A stretch of 33,493 bases of DNA from an uncultured virus (IMG/VR IMGVR_UViG_3300031088_000789) (IMGVR_UViG_3300031088_000789); one strand, 5' to 3'. Positions 19,295-28,074 are shown, counted from the first letter of the stretch. Translations and numbers: made by a program. The notes: generated from the letters alone by a model not told the origin.

Positions 19295-19516
19295 ATGAAA
19301 CACTTCGTTGGCATTGAAATTCGTAATATCCAAATGGATGATGACGAATATGTCACCCGCTACGTCTCGAAAGAAACCATTATCTGGGCGTATCCTGACA
19401 CTGATTTCACCAATGATAATGATATTTTCAATAAGGCTTGCGAATGCCTTGAACATTACGAAAAAGGGGTTGTTTCGTGTGATGTAGCGAAGCCAAACGA
19501 ATACCATTACGCCTAA
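19295..19516 (+). CDS. hypothetical protein
   Basis: GGGAG RBS before ATG 19295. Confidence 0.7.
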   Translation: MKHFVGIEIRNIQMDDDEYVTRYVSKETIIWAYPDTDFTNDNDIFNKACECLEHYEKGVVSCDVAKPNEYHYA

Positions 19517-19543
19517 AAACTCAGTTTTGGCCATGAATAAAGC

Positions 19544-19590
19544 TTGCCCTAGTTGCAGGCTTTTGGTATAATTATCCCATCGAAACGAAC
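19544..19590 (+). promoter_or_regulatory. early-type promoter of thymidine kinase
   Basis: TTGCCC-17-TATAAT(19567)-TATCCCATCGAAACGAAC. Confidence 0.8.
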
Positions 19591-19604
19591 AAGGGAACAC
19601 CATC

Positions 19605-20207
19605 ATGGCTAAACTCTACTTCCGCCACGCAGTTATGAACTCCGGCAAAAGTCTCGCACTGTTGCAAGTGAACCATAACTATGTCTCCGAAGGCCGTGAG
19701 ACTGTTCTGTTCTCCCACGAAATCGACAAGCGTTTTGGTGAAGGCGTCATTGCTTCCCGCATTGCCGGTGCCAGCATCCAAGCCCCTAGCATTTCCATCA
19801 ATGACGAAATCAACCTGTTCGAAATCGTCAAGGCTAAGGTTGAAGCTGGTCAAGACATTGCTTGTGTTTTGTGCGACGAAGTTCAGTTCTACTCGGAAGA
19901 ACAAATTGACCAACTGTCGGACATCGTAGACCTGTTGGACGTGCCAGTTATTTGCTACGGCCTGAAATGCACCTTCAAGGGTGAATTGTTCGAAGCTTCG
20001 AAACGTCTCATCGAGTTGGCCGACGAAATCGAAAGTCTCGACCAAGTTTGCTGGTGCGGTTGCAAAGCTCGCATGATTTTGAAGTTCAATGCCGAAACTG
20101 GCGAAGTCATCCGCGAAGGTGGTGATGTTGAAGTAGGTGCTGAAAGCAAATACCGCTCTGTCTGCCGTAAACACTGGAAACTGGGCATGATGTTCAAACC
20201 AGCTTAA
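19605..20207 (+). CDS. tdk: thymidine kinase (type II)
   Basis: P-loop AVMNSGKS, DEVQF, VICYGL, Zn-site C-x-C and YRSVCRKHW. Confidence 0.95.
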   Translation: MAKLYFRHAVMNSGKSLALLQVNHNYVSEGRETVLFSHEIDKRFGEGVIASRIAGASIQAPSISINDEINLFEIVKAKVEAGQDIACVLCDEVQFYSEEQIDQLSDIVDLLDVPVICYGLKCTFKGELFEASKRLIELADEIESLDQVCWCGCKARMILKFNAETGEVIREGGDVEVGAESKYRSVCRKHWKLGMMFKPA

Positions 20208-20266
20208 TCGCTCTAAAATCCCACCATAGCCTCCTTAATGGGGGCTTTTCTTTTCCTTAAAAAAGC

Positions 20267-20295
20267 TTGTTTTTCTTTTGGTATTATAATATAAT
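20267..20295 (+). promoter_or_regulatory. sigma70-like promoter of hairpin ncRNA copy 2
   Basis: TTGTTT(20267)-17-TATAAT(20290). Confidence 0.7.
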
Positions 20296-20302
20296 GGCTC
20301 CA

Positions 20303-20352
20303 TCGAAGCGGCAATGAGCGAGCATCCAAGTAAGCCTTTCTCATTGTTTTGC
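20303..20352 (+). ncRNA. putative small hairpin RNA, copy 2
   Basis: Stem GGCAATGAG/CTCATTGTT, 21-nt loop homologous to copy 1. Confidence 0.65.
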
Positions 20353-20396
20353 AACTTACGCAACAAAAATCCTATATCATACTAAGGTGGTCAATA

Positions 20397-20864
20397 ATGG
20401 AAGCTTTCAAAATCAGTAAAGTTATCCCGCAAGTTATAGATATCATCTTGTTCATCTTGGTGGCTCTGTCGATTTACTTCAAAGATAAGCTTATTGTGAG
20501 TGGCATTCTCATTGCTATTCCAACTTTGTTCATGTTTGCCGTTGTTATTCGTCAAGCTAATGACTGCTGGAAACAACAATCGCTCTACAATTTTACTATG
20601 CTGGTATCGGCAGTCAATTTGAAAATGGATTATTCCAGCCGTCTCGTGCGGGATACTATTATCTACGGCCTGCATTTCTACCTGTTCAGCCTGAATCAAA
20701 ATTATATCTACCTGCTGAGCTTTACTCTCTGCTTGGCGTTTGACCTGATGGTTTACAACGCGGCATTCAATCCCATGATGCGGAAATACATGTTGACCAA
20801 AGCACAAGAGCAAATGGAGCTGCTGAAATCGCTCCAAACTCAGGAAGGACAACCCAAACCATAA
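20397..20864 (+). CDS. integral membrane protein (several TM segments)
   Basis: AAGGTGG RBS; multiple hydrophobic stretches. Confidence 0.8.
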   Translation: MEAFKISKVIPQVIDIILFILVALSIYFKDKLIVSGILIAIPTLFMFAVVIRQANDCWKQQSLYNFTMLVSAVNLKMDYSSRLVRDTIIYGLHFYLFSLNQNYIYLLSFTLCLAFDLMVYNAAFNPMMRKYMLTKAQEQMELLKSLQTQEGQPKP

Positions 20865-20878
20865 ACACCAGTGCAATC

Positions 20879-20901
20879 AAGGGGCTTCGGCCCCTTTTTT
20901 T
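20879..20901 (+). terminator. intrinsic terminator
   Basis: GGGGC-TTCG-GCCCC plus T tract. Confidence 0.9.
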
Positions 20902-20981
20902 GTTTTCATAATTCTCATTTTTGAGTTGATTATTTTTTCATTTAGTATTATAATCATTTCATCTTAACAGGAAGCCATAGC

Positions 20982-21467
20982 ATGCAAACTAACATGGGTA
21001 GCAACAAACATTTCAACGTTGGGGATAAAGTAGTTAACCTTCGCTACCTTCATCTGTGGAATGACCCATTCTTTCATATTCAATTTTTGAATGATGCTGT
21101 CCATGTTGTGTTGATGGCCAATTCTAAACATTTCACGTTCAATCCTCTGGTCAAACTCCCACTGGCGATTGTTCCAGAAGATTATATTTCTCAACACATC
21201 TTTTCTCAGGATACTGGAGTATGTGTCGTTGACAATTCGAAATCGGTTCTGAGTATCGAACGTCAGTCGGAAACCATTCGTGAAATCTTGTCGAATGCGT
21301 TGTTAGCGGCTATCAAAACAGTAAACGAAGAATTCGACAATATGCAGCCTGAATATAGCCCTGCCAATATTCGAGAAATTCATGACAACAACAAAAAGAA
21401 ATTTGCAAAAATCACTTTTTTGCACACGCGATTTGAAGAAGTTGTAAAAGTTATATTTGCTAAGTAA
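20982..21467 (+). CDS. hypothetical protein
   Basis: TTGATT-17-TATAAT promoter, AGGA RBS. Confidence 0.8.
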   Translation: MQTNMGSNKHFNVGDKVVNLRYLHLWNDPFFHIQFLNDAVHVVLMANSKHFTFNPLVKLPLAIVPEDYISQHIFSQDTGVCVVDNSKSVLSIERQSETIREILSNALLAAIKTVNEEFDNMQPEYSPANIREIHDNNKKKFAKITFLHTRFEEVVKVIFAK

Positions 21468-21484
21468 TTTCGGTTACTATACAT

Positions 21485-21503
21485 AGGGGCTTCGGCCCCT
21501 TTT
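21485..21503 (+). terminator. intrinsic terminator
   Basis: GGGGC-TTCG-GCCCC-TTTT. Confidence 0.8.
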
Positions 21504-21559
21504 CTGTTGCTCTTTTGTAATGCTTGGTATATACTTCTCATCATATAGGAGTATTTATA

Positions 21560-21844
21560 ATGATTAAAACTCTCTTTCAAAAATGGTTTTCATGCCGATC
21601 TATAAAACCAGAATCGACACCTACTATCTTTTCAGCCATTCAAGAAACGAATGCTGCACTTGACCGCATGATAGCTTCTCAGCAACGTTTGTTTGAAGCT
21701 TATGCTTTGGCATCAAAGCTTGATGGCATGGCCACCTTTGCAAAAACAAATACCTTTCAATCAATGGCACAGCATGACAAGGATGCACTGGTGGCCTTTT
21801 TGGATGATGCTGACGTAATTGCCTCTAAGTTGAAAAAACTCTAA
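21560..21844 (+). CDS. hypothetical helical protein, distant paralogue of 5421-5750
   Basis: AGGAG RBS before ATG 21560. Confidence 0.8.
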   Translation: MIKTLFQKWFSCRSIKPESTPTIFSAIQETNAALDRMIASQQRLFEAYALASKLDGMATFAKTNTFQSMAQHDKDALVAFLDDADVIASKLKKL

Positions 21845-21912
21845 AATGGTTTGCAACGCTTGGCTCATTGGTGTATAATTATCCCATCAAACAGACAAAC
21901 AGGGCTTTTAAA

Positions 21913-22110
21913 ATGCACAACCAACACACTCTGCATCTGACCAACACTGAATTCAAACTGGTTCAAGATGTTTTGTCTCTTGACACTGGTATCACTGATG
22001 CTTCGGTTCTGATCGAAGTTATGGTTGATAATGGTATCCGTGAATATCCTGCTCAGGTTCTGGTCCGTCAGCACAAAGATGCTCAACATACTCAACTGAA
22101 AGCAGCGTAA
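21913..22110 (+). CDS. small hypothetical protein, paralogue of N-terminus of 4809-5315
   Basis: TTGCAA-17-TATAAT-TATCCCATCAAAC promoter; MHNQHTLHLT start. Confidence 0.85.
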   Translation: MHNQHTLHLTNTEFKLVQDVLSLDTGITDASVLIEVMVDNGIREYPAQVLVRQHKDAQHTQLKAA

Positions 22111-22128
22111 CTGTTACTTTCTAACCAG

Positions 22129-22148
22129 AAGGGGCTTCGGCCCCTTTT
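22129..22148 (+). terminator. intrinsic terminator
   Basis: GGGGC-TTCG-GCCCC-TTTT. Confidence 0.8.
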
Positions 22149-22232
22149 GCTTTACTTCTGTTTTAGCTTTTGATACAATTAACTATCAGAAAACCCAGTT
22201 TCTTTATTGTACATCACTAGGAAATCATCCAT

Positions 22233-22424
22233 ATGAAAGAAAAAATGAAAGCTGAACGCAAGGTTCTCATTGCCACTGGTTGCCAGCTTGGCGTTAACCT
22301 TTTGGCTATGGGTGGTTCCTCTCTTATTCGGAAAATGTGCCAATTTTCATTCAAAGGCCATAATCCCAATTTTGATTCACGCCCTTATGGCAAGCAATAT
22401 CGAAATCGTCCTTTCAAAATTTAA
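22233..22424 (+). CDS. small basic hypothetical protein
   Basis: AGGA RBS, 63 aa. Confidence 0.6.
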   Translation: MKEKMKAERKVLIATGCQLGVNLLAMGGSSLIRKMCQFSFKGHNPNFDSRPYGKQYRNRPFKI

Positions 22425-22505
22425 TCTCATAAATCTTCTTTTTGCTTGATTTACTGCTTGTTTAGTATTATAATAAGCTAACTCAAACGAAACAGGAAAC
22501 GCACC

Positions 22506-22775
22506 ATGTCGAAGTCCGGTTATGTTCCAAAGGTACCTTCCAAAAAAGTTCTTCAACGGTACAGTAGCTACTTTGAGCAGTTGAAAGGTGCCGCTCCTGC
22601 ACAAGATCAAGACCCGTCAGTAGCCCATCAAATGGGGCTGGTTCATGATCAAAATGAAGACCAACAAACCCCACACTCGGAATCTGTTGCAGAAGTCATC
22701 GACATTCTCAGTCCTCATGCACGGTTCGCTCTGGAGCGTCTGTTGGGGAAGCCAAAAGACTGTGAAGAAATCTAA
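22506..22775 (+). CDS. hypothetical protein
   Basis: TTGATT-17-TATAAT promoter, AGGA RBS. Confidence 0.75.
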   Translation: MSKSGYVPKVPSKKVLQRYSSYFEQLKGAAPAQDQDPSVAHQMGLVHDQNEDQQTPHSESVAEVIDILSPHARFALERLLGKPKDCEEI

Positions 22776-22798
22776 TTTCGCAACTCAATATCAACAAT

Positions 22799-22819
22799 AG
22801 GAGCTTCGGCTCCTTTTTT
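22799..22819 (+). terminator. intrinsic terminator
   Basis: GGAGC-TTCG-GCTCC plus T tract. Confidence 0.9.
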
Positions 22820-22926
22820 AATGCCTGTTAATTTATATGGTGGTTGGCCTATAAAAAACTTGATTCTATAATAGTATTATAATATAATTAATTCATCCAA
22901 AAGCCAGAAACCTATTGAGGCTCACT

Positions 22927-23193
22927 ATGAACGATTTGATTGCTTTTTTCACCTCTCCTGAAACGCTTAGCTTTATTGGCCTTGGTCTGATGTTTTTGAT
23001 CTTTGGGGTTTTGCTTTATCGTGGAATCAAATATGCTTATACGATTTTCAAAAAAAATCCATTCTTGGTTTGGTTTGAGGACGATTCCGATTATACTTAT
23101 TTTGAATATGATCATGCACTTAAGAAATATGTCAAAAAAGACTTGTCGCTCTATGATAAAACAGATCGACGTGTTTACAAAATCATCCATTGA
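22927..23193 (+). CDS. single-TM membrane protein
   Basis: GAGG RBS; LSFIGLGLMFLIFGVLLY hydrophobic helix. Confidence 0.75.
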   Translation: MNDLIAFFTSPETLSFIGLGLMFLIFGVLLYRGIKYAYTIFKKNPFLVWFEDDSDYTYFEYDHALKKYVKKDLSLYDKTDRRVYKIIH

Positions 23194-23207
23194 GTTTGAT
23201 ATTTTAT

Positions 23208-23232
23208 AAAAAAGGGCTTTGGCCCTTTTTTT
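23208..23232 (+). terminator. intrinsic terminator
   Basis: AAAGGGC-TTTG-GCCCTTT plus T tract. Confidence 0.8.
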
Positions 23233-23391
23233 CTTTATTCATTTTTATTCGCTAGTCGTTTTGCAATGAAAACTAAAAAAATCAAATATATTTCTGTTAT
23301 TTTTTCGCTAGTGTTGATGATCTTCACCAAGGTTTTATCAAAATTAAGAATTACTGAATTCCTTTTATAAACAAAAAATGTTGAAAAAGTC

Positions 23392-23420
23392 TTTACATTC
23401 TCTATTCAATTTGCTAAAAT
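23392..23420 (+). promoter_or_regulatory. sigma70-like promoter
   Basis: TTTACA(23392)-17-TGcTAAAAT(23415). Confidence 0.7.
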
Positions 23421-23426
23421 CAATCC

Positions 23427-23577
23427 CAGATCAACAAGCACGCAAATGGGCGTTCACTTGTCTAGGGCCTGACGATTGCCTACCGCTCTCACTTGGTAAA
23501 ATTCGTAGCGACACCTTCAAACCTTACTCATGACTCTGATTTGTTTTCAGATAAAGGTAACGAGAGCAACTGACCTG
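23427..23577 (+). ncRNA. putative structured leader RNA / cis-regulatory element
   Basis: GC-richer ~150-nt 5' UTR with nested stems and a GCTCTC/GAGAGC pseudoknot. Confidence 0.55.
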
Positions 23578-23606
23578 ACTGATACCTAACTTATTGGAGA
23601 TCTATT

Positions 23607-24002
23607 ATGTTCACAGACTTTGCTCATTTTAAAAAAGTTACTCAAACTCTCTTCAACTCGACCTGTGGTGGTTCTGGCCTGAAATTGGCTCAGTATCGTG
23701 ATCAAGTGGCTCAATCCCTTGGTTATGCAAATATCCATGCTATTAAGGCTCATTTCGATAGCCTTGCTGATGGACCACAAATCGTTTCTGTTATCCTCTA
23801 CATTGATGAAACAGTTCACTCCAAACATGACTTCTACGATACACCAGAAGGCAACCGTAAGGCAGAAGACTATTTCCGTAAGGTGCTGCTTGAATATATG
23901 CCTTCTTATGATGATCAAGATGTTGATGATTGCCTTGATAATGGTTACTTTGAAGATGATGATAGCAATTATCAAATGTTTATCACTCATTCGTTCAAAT
24001 AA
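23607..24002 (+). CDS. hypothetical protein with N-terminal helical domain resembling the 'glyoxalase superfamily' (Glyoxalase_8-type) N-terminus; acidic C-terminus
   Basis: KLAQYRDQVAQSLGYANIHAIKA resembles the xxSQALExVAxxxGFxxWxxL pattern; GGAG RBS. Confidence 0.65.
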   Translation: MFTDFAHFKKVTQTLFNSTCGGSGLKLAQYRDQVAQSLGYANIHAIKAHFDSLADGPQIVSVILYIDETVHSKHDFYDTPEGNRKAEDYFRKVLLEYMPSYDDQDVDDCLDNGYFEDDDSNYQMFITHSFK

Positions 24003-24021
24003 TTACAAATTTCGAAAAATT

Positions 24022-24042
24022 AGGAGCTTCGGCTCCTTTTTT
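24022..24042 (+). terminator. intrinsic terminator
   Basis: GGAGC-TTCG-GCTCC plus T tract. Confidence 0.9.
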
Positions 24043-24137
24043 GATCAATAATTTTTATCATTCTAATAGTATTATAATATGATTTACTAATTAGGCAGTT
24101 TTTGATATACTTGCCTTACTGATTAGGAGCTTTTCTT

Positions 24138-24554
24138 ATGACTACTACTGTTGACTCCATCTGTGGGTACCTTCAATTGCTTGAAGATTTCATGGGTGAT
24201 AAATCCAAAAAAAATAATCTCCTTTTTGTTGATATTATTCAAGATCCTGATATCTTGGACAAAGTTCAATCGAAACACTACAACCTCCATAAAAACATGA
24301 TTTCCTTGGGCACTCGGGTTAAAAGTCATATCAATGACACTAATCCAGATAAAGAAAAACTTGTTTTCTCTTCTGATGAGTTGAATGCTCTTGTGGCCGT
24401 TCATAATATGAAGAAACGATCTCGCAATGAAGAAAAAGAAGTCCTCATCTCTTTTGAAGCGGGTCAAGCTGCAGTTGATGCTATTGATGATTTGATTTCA
24501 GACGAAGTGGAATTGCTCAGGGCTTGCATGGCATGGATACGTTCAGTCTCTTAA
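24138..24554 (+). CDS. hypothetical protein
   Basis: AGGAG RBS, TATACT -10 at 24106. Confidence 0.8.
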   Translation: MTTTVDSICGYLQLLEDFMGDKSKKNNLLFVDIIQDPDILDKVQSKHYNLHKNMISLGTRVKSHINDTNPDKEKLVFSSDELNALVAVHNMKKRSRNEEKEVLISFEAGQAAVDAIDDLISDEVELLRACMAWIRSVS

Positions 24555-24649
24555 ACCCATCAGTATAGTTTTCTCTAATTTTACTTCTATTCTTGATTTT
24601 ATATCATCGATCTTGTATAATCGACGCATTCAACTAAGGGTTATATACG

Positions 24650-25627
24650 ATGAAAAAATTTCGCAGTATTGAAGGTCTGTCTAAACTGTTCACTACATTG
24701 AGGAATCAAGCGGCTTATGAAAACCGTGATTTCTCGACCTTGCCTACTTTGAACTTCACAGGTACTGTTAAAATTCATGGTACCAATGCTGGTATGCGTA
24801 TTGAATCGCCCGAGGCCATTACGATTATTCCGCAAGGCAAAGATCGTGAACTATCCTTTCATCATGATAATGCGTCCTTCGCCTCTTATTGCATGACCAT
24901 TCCAAAAGAAGTGGTTCAAGAGCTGTATAAGGCTTTCAACCCTTCTCAGTCTGGTGTGTTGACTATCTTTGGTGAGTGGGCTGGTTCAGGTGTTCAAAAT
25001 GGTGTAGGTGTGGCTAATTTTGAGAAACACTTTGTTGTGTTTGCTGCTCATGTTGATGATAAATATGTCAAAGTTAATCAAGATTACAATAACCACAAAT
25101 ATCGTATTTACAATATCTACGAAATTCCAACTTACTCGATTGATATTGATTTTGCCAATCCGGGGGACATTGAAGACCGTTTGACAGCTTTGACTCTTGA
25201 AGTCGAAGCTAAATGCCCTTGGGCCGCATATCGTGGTGCTGATGGCATTGGTGAAGGTATTGTCTGGCATTTGACTGATGACCCTTGTGATACCACTTAC
25301 ATCTTTAAAGTGAAGGGTCCGCTGCATTCTGTTCGCAAAAGTAATACCAAAAAACTGGCTACGGTTGATGTTGAAAAAGTTTCTTCGGTCAATGAATGTG
25401 TTGATATTATTTTGACTGAAAACCGTATGAAACAAATGTTGGAGGTTCATCAGATTGAACTCATTCCTGAAAACTTTGGTCAATTCATCAAAGTTGTTTC
25501 TCTGGATTGCATCAAAGAAGAAATGGATGTATTGAATGCCAATGGCTTGATTTGGAAAGATGTTTCCTCTACTGTCATCAATCGTTGTAAAAAATGGTAT
25601 TTTGCTCATTTCAATATCAATGATTAA
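24650..25627 (+). CDS. ATP-dependent RNA ligase, Rnl2-like family
   Basis: Nucleotidyltransferase motifs I (KIHGTN), III (IFGEW), IIIa (FVVF), IV (GEGIVW), V (FKVK). Confidence 0.85.
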   Translation: MKKFRSIEGLSKLFTTLRNQAAYENRDFSTLPTLNFTGTVKIHGTNAGMRIESPEAITIIPQGKDRELSFHHDNASFASYCMTIPKEVVQELYKAFNPSQSGVLTIFGEWAGSGVQNGVGVANFEKHFVVFAAHVDDKYVKVNQDYNNHKYRIYNIYEIPTYSIDIDFANPGDIEDRLTALTLEVEAKCPWAAYRGADGIGEGIVWHLTDDPCDTTYIFKVKGPLHSVRKSNTKKLATVDVEKVSSVNECVDIILTENRMKQMLEVHQIELIPENFGQFIKVVSLDCIKEEMDVLNANGLIWKDVSSTVINRCKKWYFAHFNIND

Positions 25628-25632
25628 ACAAT

Positions 25633-25652
25633 GGGGCTTCGACCCCTTTTTT
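25633..25652 (+). terminator. intrinsic terminator
   Basis: GGGG-CTTCGA-CCCC plus T tract. Confidence 0.75.
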
Positions 25653-25732
25653 ATGCCTTTTTGATATTTTCTTTTTGCTATCACTTTGCTATAATGAATT
25701 CACTTATATGAGCACTCATTAGGAGCTTTTGC

Positions 25733-26011
25733 ATGGATACCAATATCAAAGAGCGTCAAACATCGCTTTTGAACGAAGCCAAGGCTATGGCATTTTTCTT
25801 TGGTGTTTCGAGTGAAGAACTTTCTTTAGCTTTCAAATCTTTCGAAGAACTCTACAGCTCGCCAGAACCTGTATCGACTGATGAATTCGTTCAAGTACTC
25901 AATACCATTGATCAAGAAATCGAAGCTCTTTGCATCGTTCACAAGATCACACAGGAAGATCTGGAAATCAAAATGGAAAATAACTTTGCCTTCAAAGCTG
26001 TTGCTGTCTGA
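25733..26011 (+). CDS. acidic hypothetical protein
   Basis: AGGAG RBS; TGcTATAAT. Confidence 0.8.
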   Translation: MDTNIKERQTSLLNEAKAMAFFFGVSSEELSLAFKSFEELYSSPEPVSTDEFVQVLNTIDQEIEALCIVHKITQEDLEIKMENNFAFKAVAV

Positions 26012-26139
26012 TTGGTTGTTTTTCTGTTTAAAGGGGCTTCTGCTCCTTTTTTATTGCTATATTTCTTTGATTTTTGTGGTGATTTTTGCTATAATATTAA
26101 AATATTGAACGCTTGTTCATACTGCTAGGAGATGCTGAC

Positions 26140-26580
26140 ATGGCACTTGTTTTTTTGAAAAAGAAAGCTATCCAGTTGGGTGAGCAAAATGTTTCAGAAA
26201 TCACAGTGCTTGAATGGAAGAAGTTGTTCAGCATCAAGCTGTTTCATTTTCATAGAACTTTGGGTAAGCAAGATCGCTTTCATACCCATTCTTTCGGGGC
26301 TATTAGCTTCCTTCTGTCTGGTAATTACATCGAAGAAGTCATTAAAGACGGTAAAGTAGTTGCCTTAGATCGCAATCGCAGTCGTATCATCTATATCCCA
26401 AAAAATGAATATCATCGCATTACCCGTAGTGGTGGATGCCGCACTATTCTGATTACTGGCCCATGGGATAAGTATTGGAAAGAATTGCGTGAGCTGGGTA
26501 ATTCTCGTTATCAAGAAGTCACCCAAGGGGCTGGTCGAGTTGATATCTCCTTTGGCCCTATCGTGACCTTGGATGATTAA
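26140..26580 (+). CDS. cupin-fold protein
   Basis: FHTH...LLSGxYxEE and YHRI...ITGP cupin-like motifs; AGGAG RBS. Confidence 0.7.
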   Translation: MALVFLKKKAIQLGEQNVSEITVLEWKKLFSIKLFHFHRTLGKQDRFHTHSFGAISFLLSGNYIEEVIKDGKVVALDRNRSRIIYIPKNEYHRITRSGGCRTILITGPWDKYWKELRELGNSRYQEVTQGAGRVDISFGPIVTLDD

Positions 26581-26668
26581 ACATTTTCTAGTTTTTCATA
26601 ATGGCAATTGCCTTATAAACGGATTTTTGTTAGAATAACCCCATCTCAACGAATTAAGGTGTTTCGAC

Positions 26669-28033
26669 ATGGCAGTTACCACCGCTGTTTTCAAAATTGA
26701 TGGTCGTCATCAAACTCAACTAGCTCGTTCTCTTGTGCTTGATGGCGATTGGCGTGATGGCCTGCAACTGCTGCTCGATGGTTTTGAAGGCATGTCCCAT
26801 GACTTTGCTTTCCAACTGCTGAAAGGCACCCATACTTTGGTAGGTGTTAACAATGACATCACCATGATTGAAGAGTTGGACGAAGAATATCAAAAACAAG
26901 TCCATGAAATGTATTGCGAAGATCGCTTCTTTGAAATGAACGAACTCTACTCGTTCGTCAAGTTCATTGACCATACTGTTATTCATGATGATATTGTTTA
27001 TCGTGGTTTGAACTACAAAATTCCGGCCAGTGATGAATATGTACGCAAATATCTGTTGCCAGATGATATGTTTGTTTTTGAAGCAACTCCTTTTGGAAAA
27101 CACTATCGTGGTCTGATTGCTGAGAAGCTTGATCGAAATACTTTGCCACTCTGGCTGACCAAAGCCGACTTTTGCACCACAGCCAAAGCTTACGCAAATA
27201 AATACCATCCAGCACCTGTAATTCAACGTGAACCCGTTAAGGCTATTGAACCTAAACCAGTGGCTGTTGCTGCAAGTCATGATGATGTCCATCGTAGCAA
27301 TAATGACTGGCATGATTCTTGGCGGGCAAGTAAAGCTTTGCAAATTGCACAAGACCATGGGTTTAGCACAGCAATTGATTTTTCCATTCATCTTCGTGTT
27401 AATGTTCTTAATGCAGTAAAAGAACGTGGTTGCACTTGGAAAACCATTGATGTCAATCATGCTGATGTCAATGAAAGTGTTACATTTCCTTATGAACTGG
27501 CTTTATCTTTTGCTCTTTCTCGCACAGGGTTGAGTCACCTTGCACCAGCATGGGAACCAGTGAGTCCTCATGACCTTAAAATGTCTGGTGATAACCGTCG
27601 CCATACTGATCTTTGGTTAGCATTAGGTTTCAATCTTGATGGCCGTGAGTATAATTACAGCACCCGTGAACATACCCTGTTCTCTGCTGTTGTCTCTGCC
27701 ATGCAACGTGAAGTCTTCCCTATGGGAGAGTTTGATACCTTGAATTCTGCTGGCCTTGATAGCTTTACAGGGTCTGTCGTCACACCTACATCTGAATTGA
27801 TTGGTAGTCATGATGTTCTGATTATTCCAAACGCCGGTCCTGAATATGATGTTCTTGCCCGAAAAGCAGGTCTGGTTATCTGTGAAACTGGTAGTCGAAT
27901 GGCTCACTTGGCGGTTGTTGGTCGTGAGTTTGGGTTGCCACTTATTCGAATTGCCGATGCAGGTAAAAAATTCAAAGAAGGTATTACTTTAAACATCGAC
28001 TTTAAAACCAATACGATTACTGCTCACAGCTAA
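26669..28033 (+). CDS. protein with C-terminal PEP-utilising enzyme mobile (swivel phospho-His) domain
   Basis: GLVICETGSRMAHLAVVGREFGLP matches the GGxTSHAAIVARExGIP signature. Confidence 0.75.
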   Translation: MAVTTAVFKIDGRHQTQLARSLVLDGDWRDGLQLLLDGFEGMSHDFAFQLLKGTHTLVGVNNDITMIEELDEEYQKQVHEMYCEDRFFEMNELYSFVKFIDHTVIHDDIVYRGLNYKIPASDEYVRKYLLPDDMFVFEATPFGKHYRGLIAEKLDRNTLPLWLTKADFCTTAKAYANKYHPAPVIQREPVKAIEPKPVAVAASHDDVHRSNNDWHDSWRASKALQIAQDHGFSTAIDFSIHLRVNVLNAVKERGCTWKTIDVNHADVNESVTFPYELALSFALSRTGLSHLAPAWEPVSPHDLKMSGDNRRHTDLWLALGFNLDGREYNYSTREHTLFSAVVSAMQREVFPMGEFDTLNSAGLDSFTGSVVTPTSELIGSHDVLIIPNAGPEYDVLARKAGLVICETGSRMAHLAVVGREFGLPLIRIADAGKKFKEGITLNIDFKTNTITAHS

Positions 28034-28050
28034 TCAGTTGGTGGAACTTT

Positions 28051-28074
28051 AAAAGGGGCTTCGGCTCCTTTTTT
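28051..28074 (+). terminator. intrinsic terminator
   Basis: AGGGGC-TTCG-GCTCCT plus T tract. Confidence 0.8.

Noticed and set aside
23266..23370. 34-aa signal-peptide-like ORF MKTKKIKYISVIFSLVLMIF...
   Set aside because: No RBS or clear promoter; such composition arises by chance in AT-rich DNA.
23469..23520. CUGACGA as a hammerhead ribozyme core
   Set aside because: No correctly placed GAAA or stem III/UH cleavage site.
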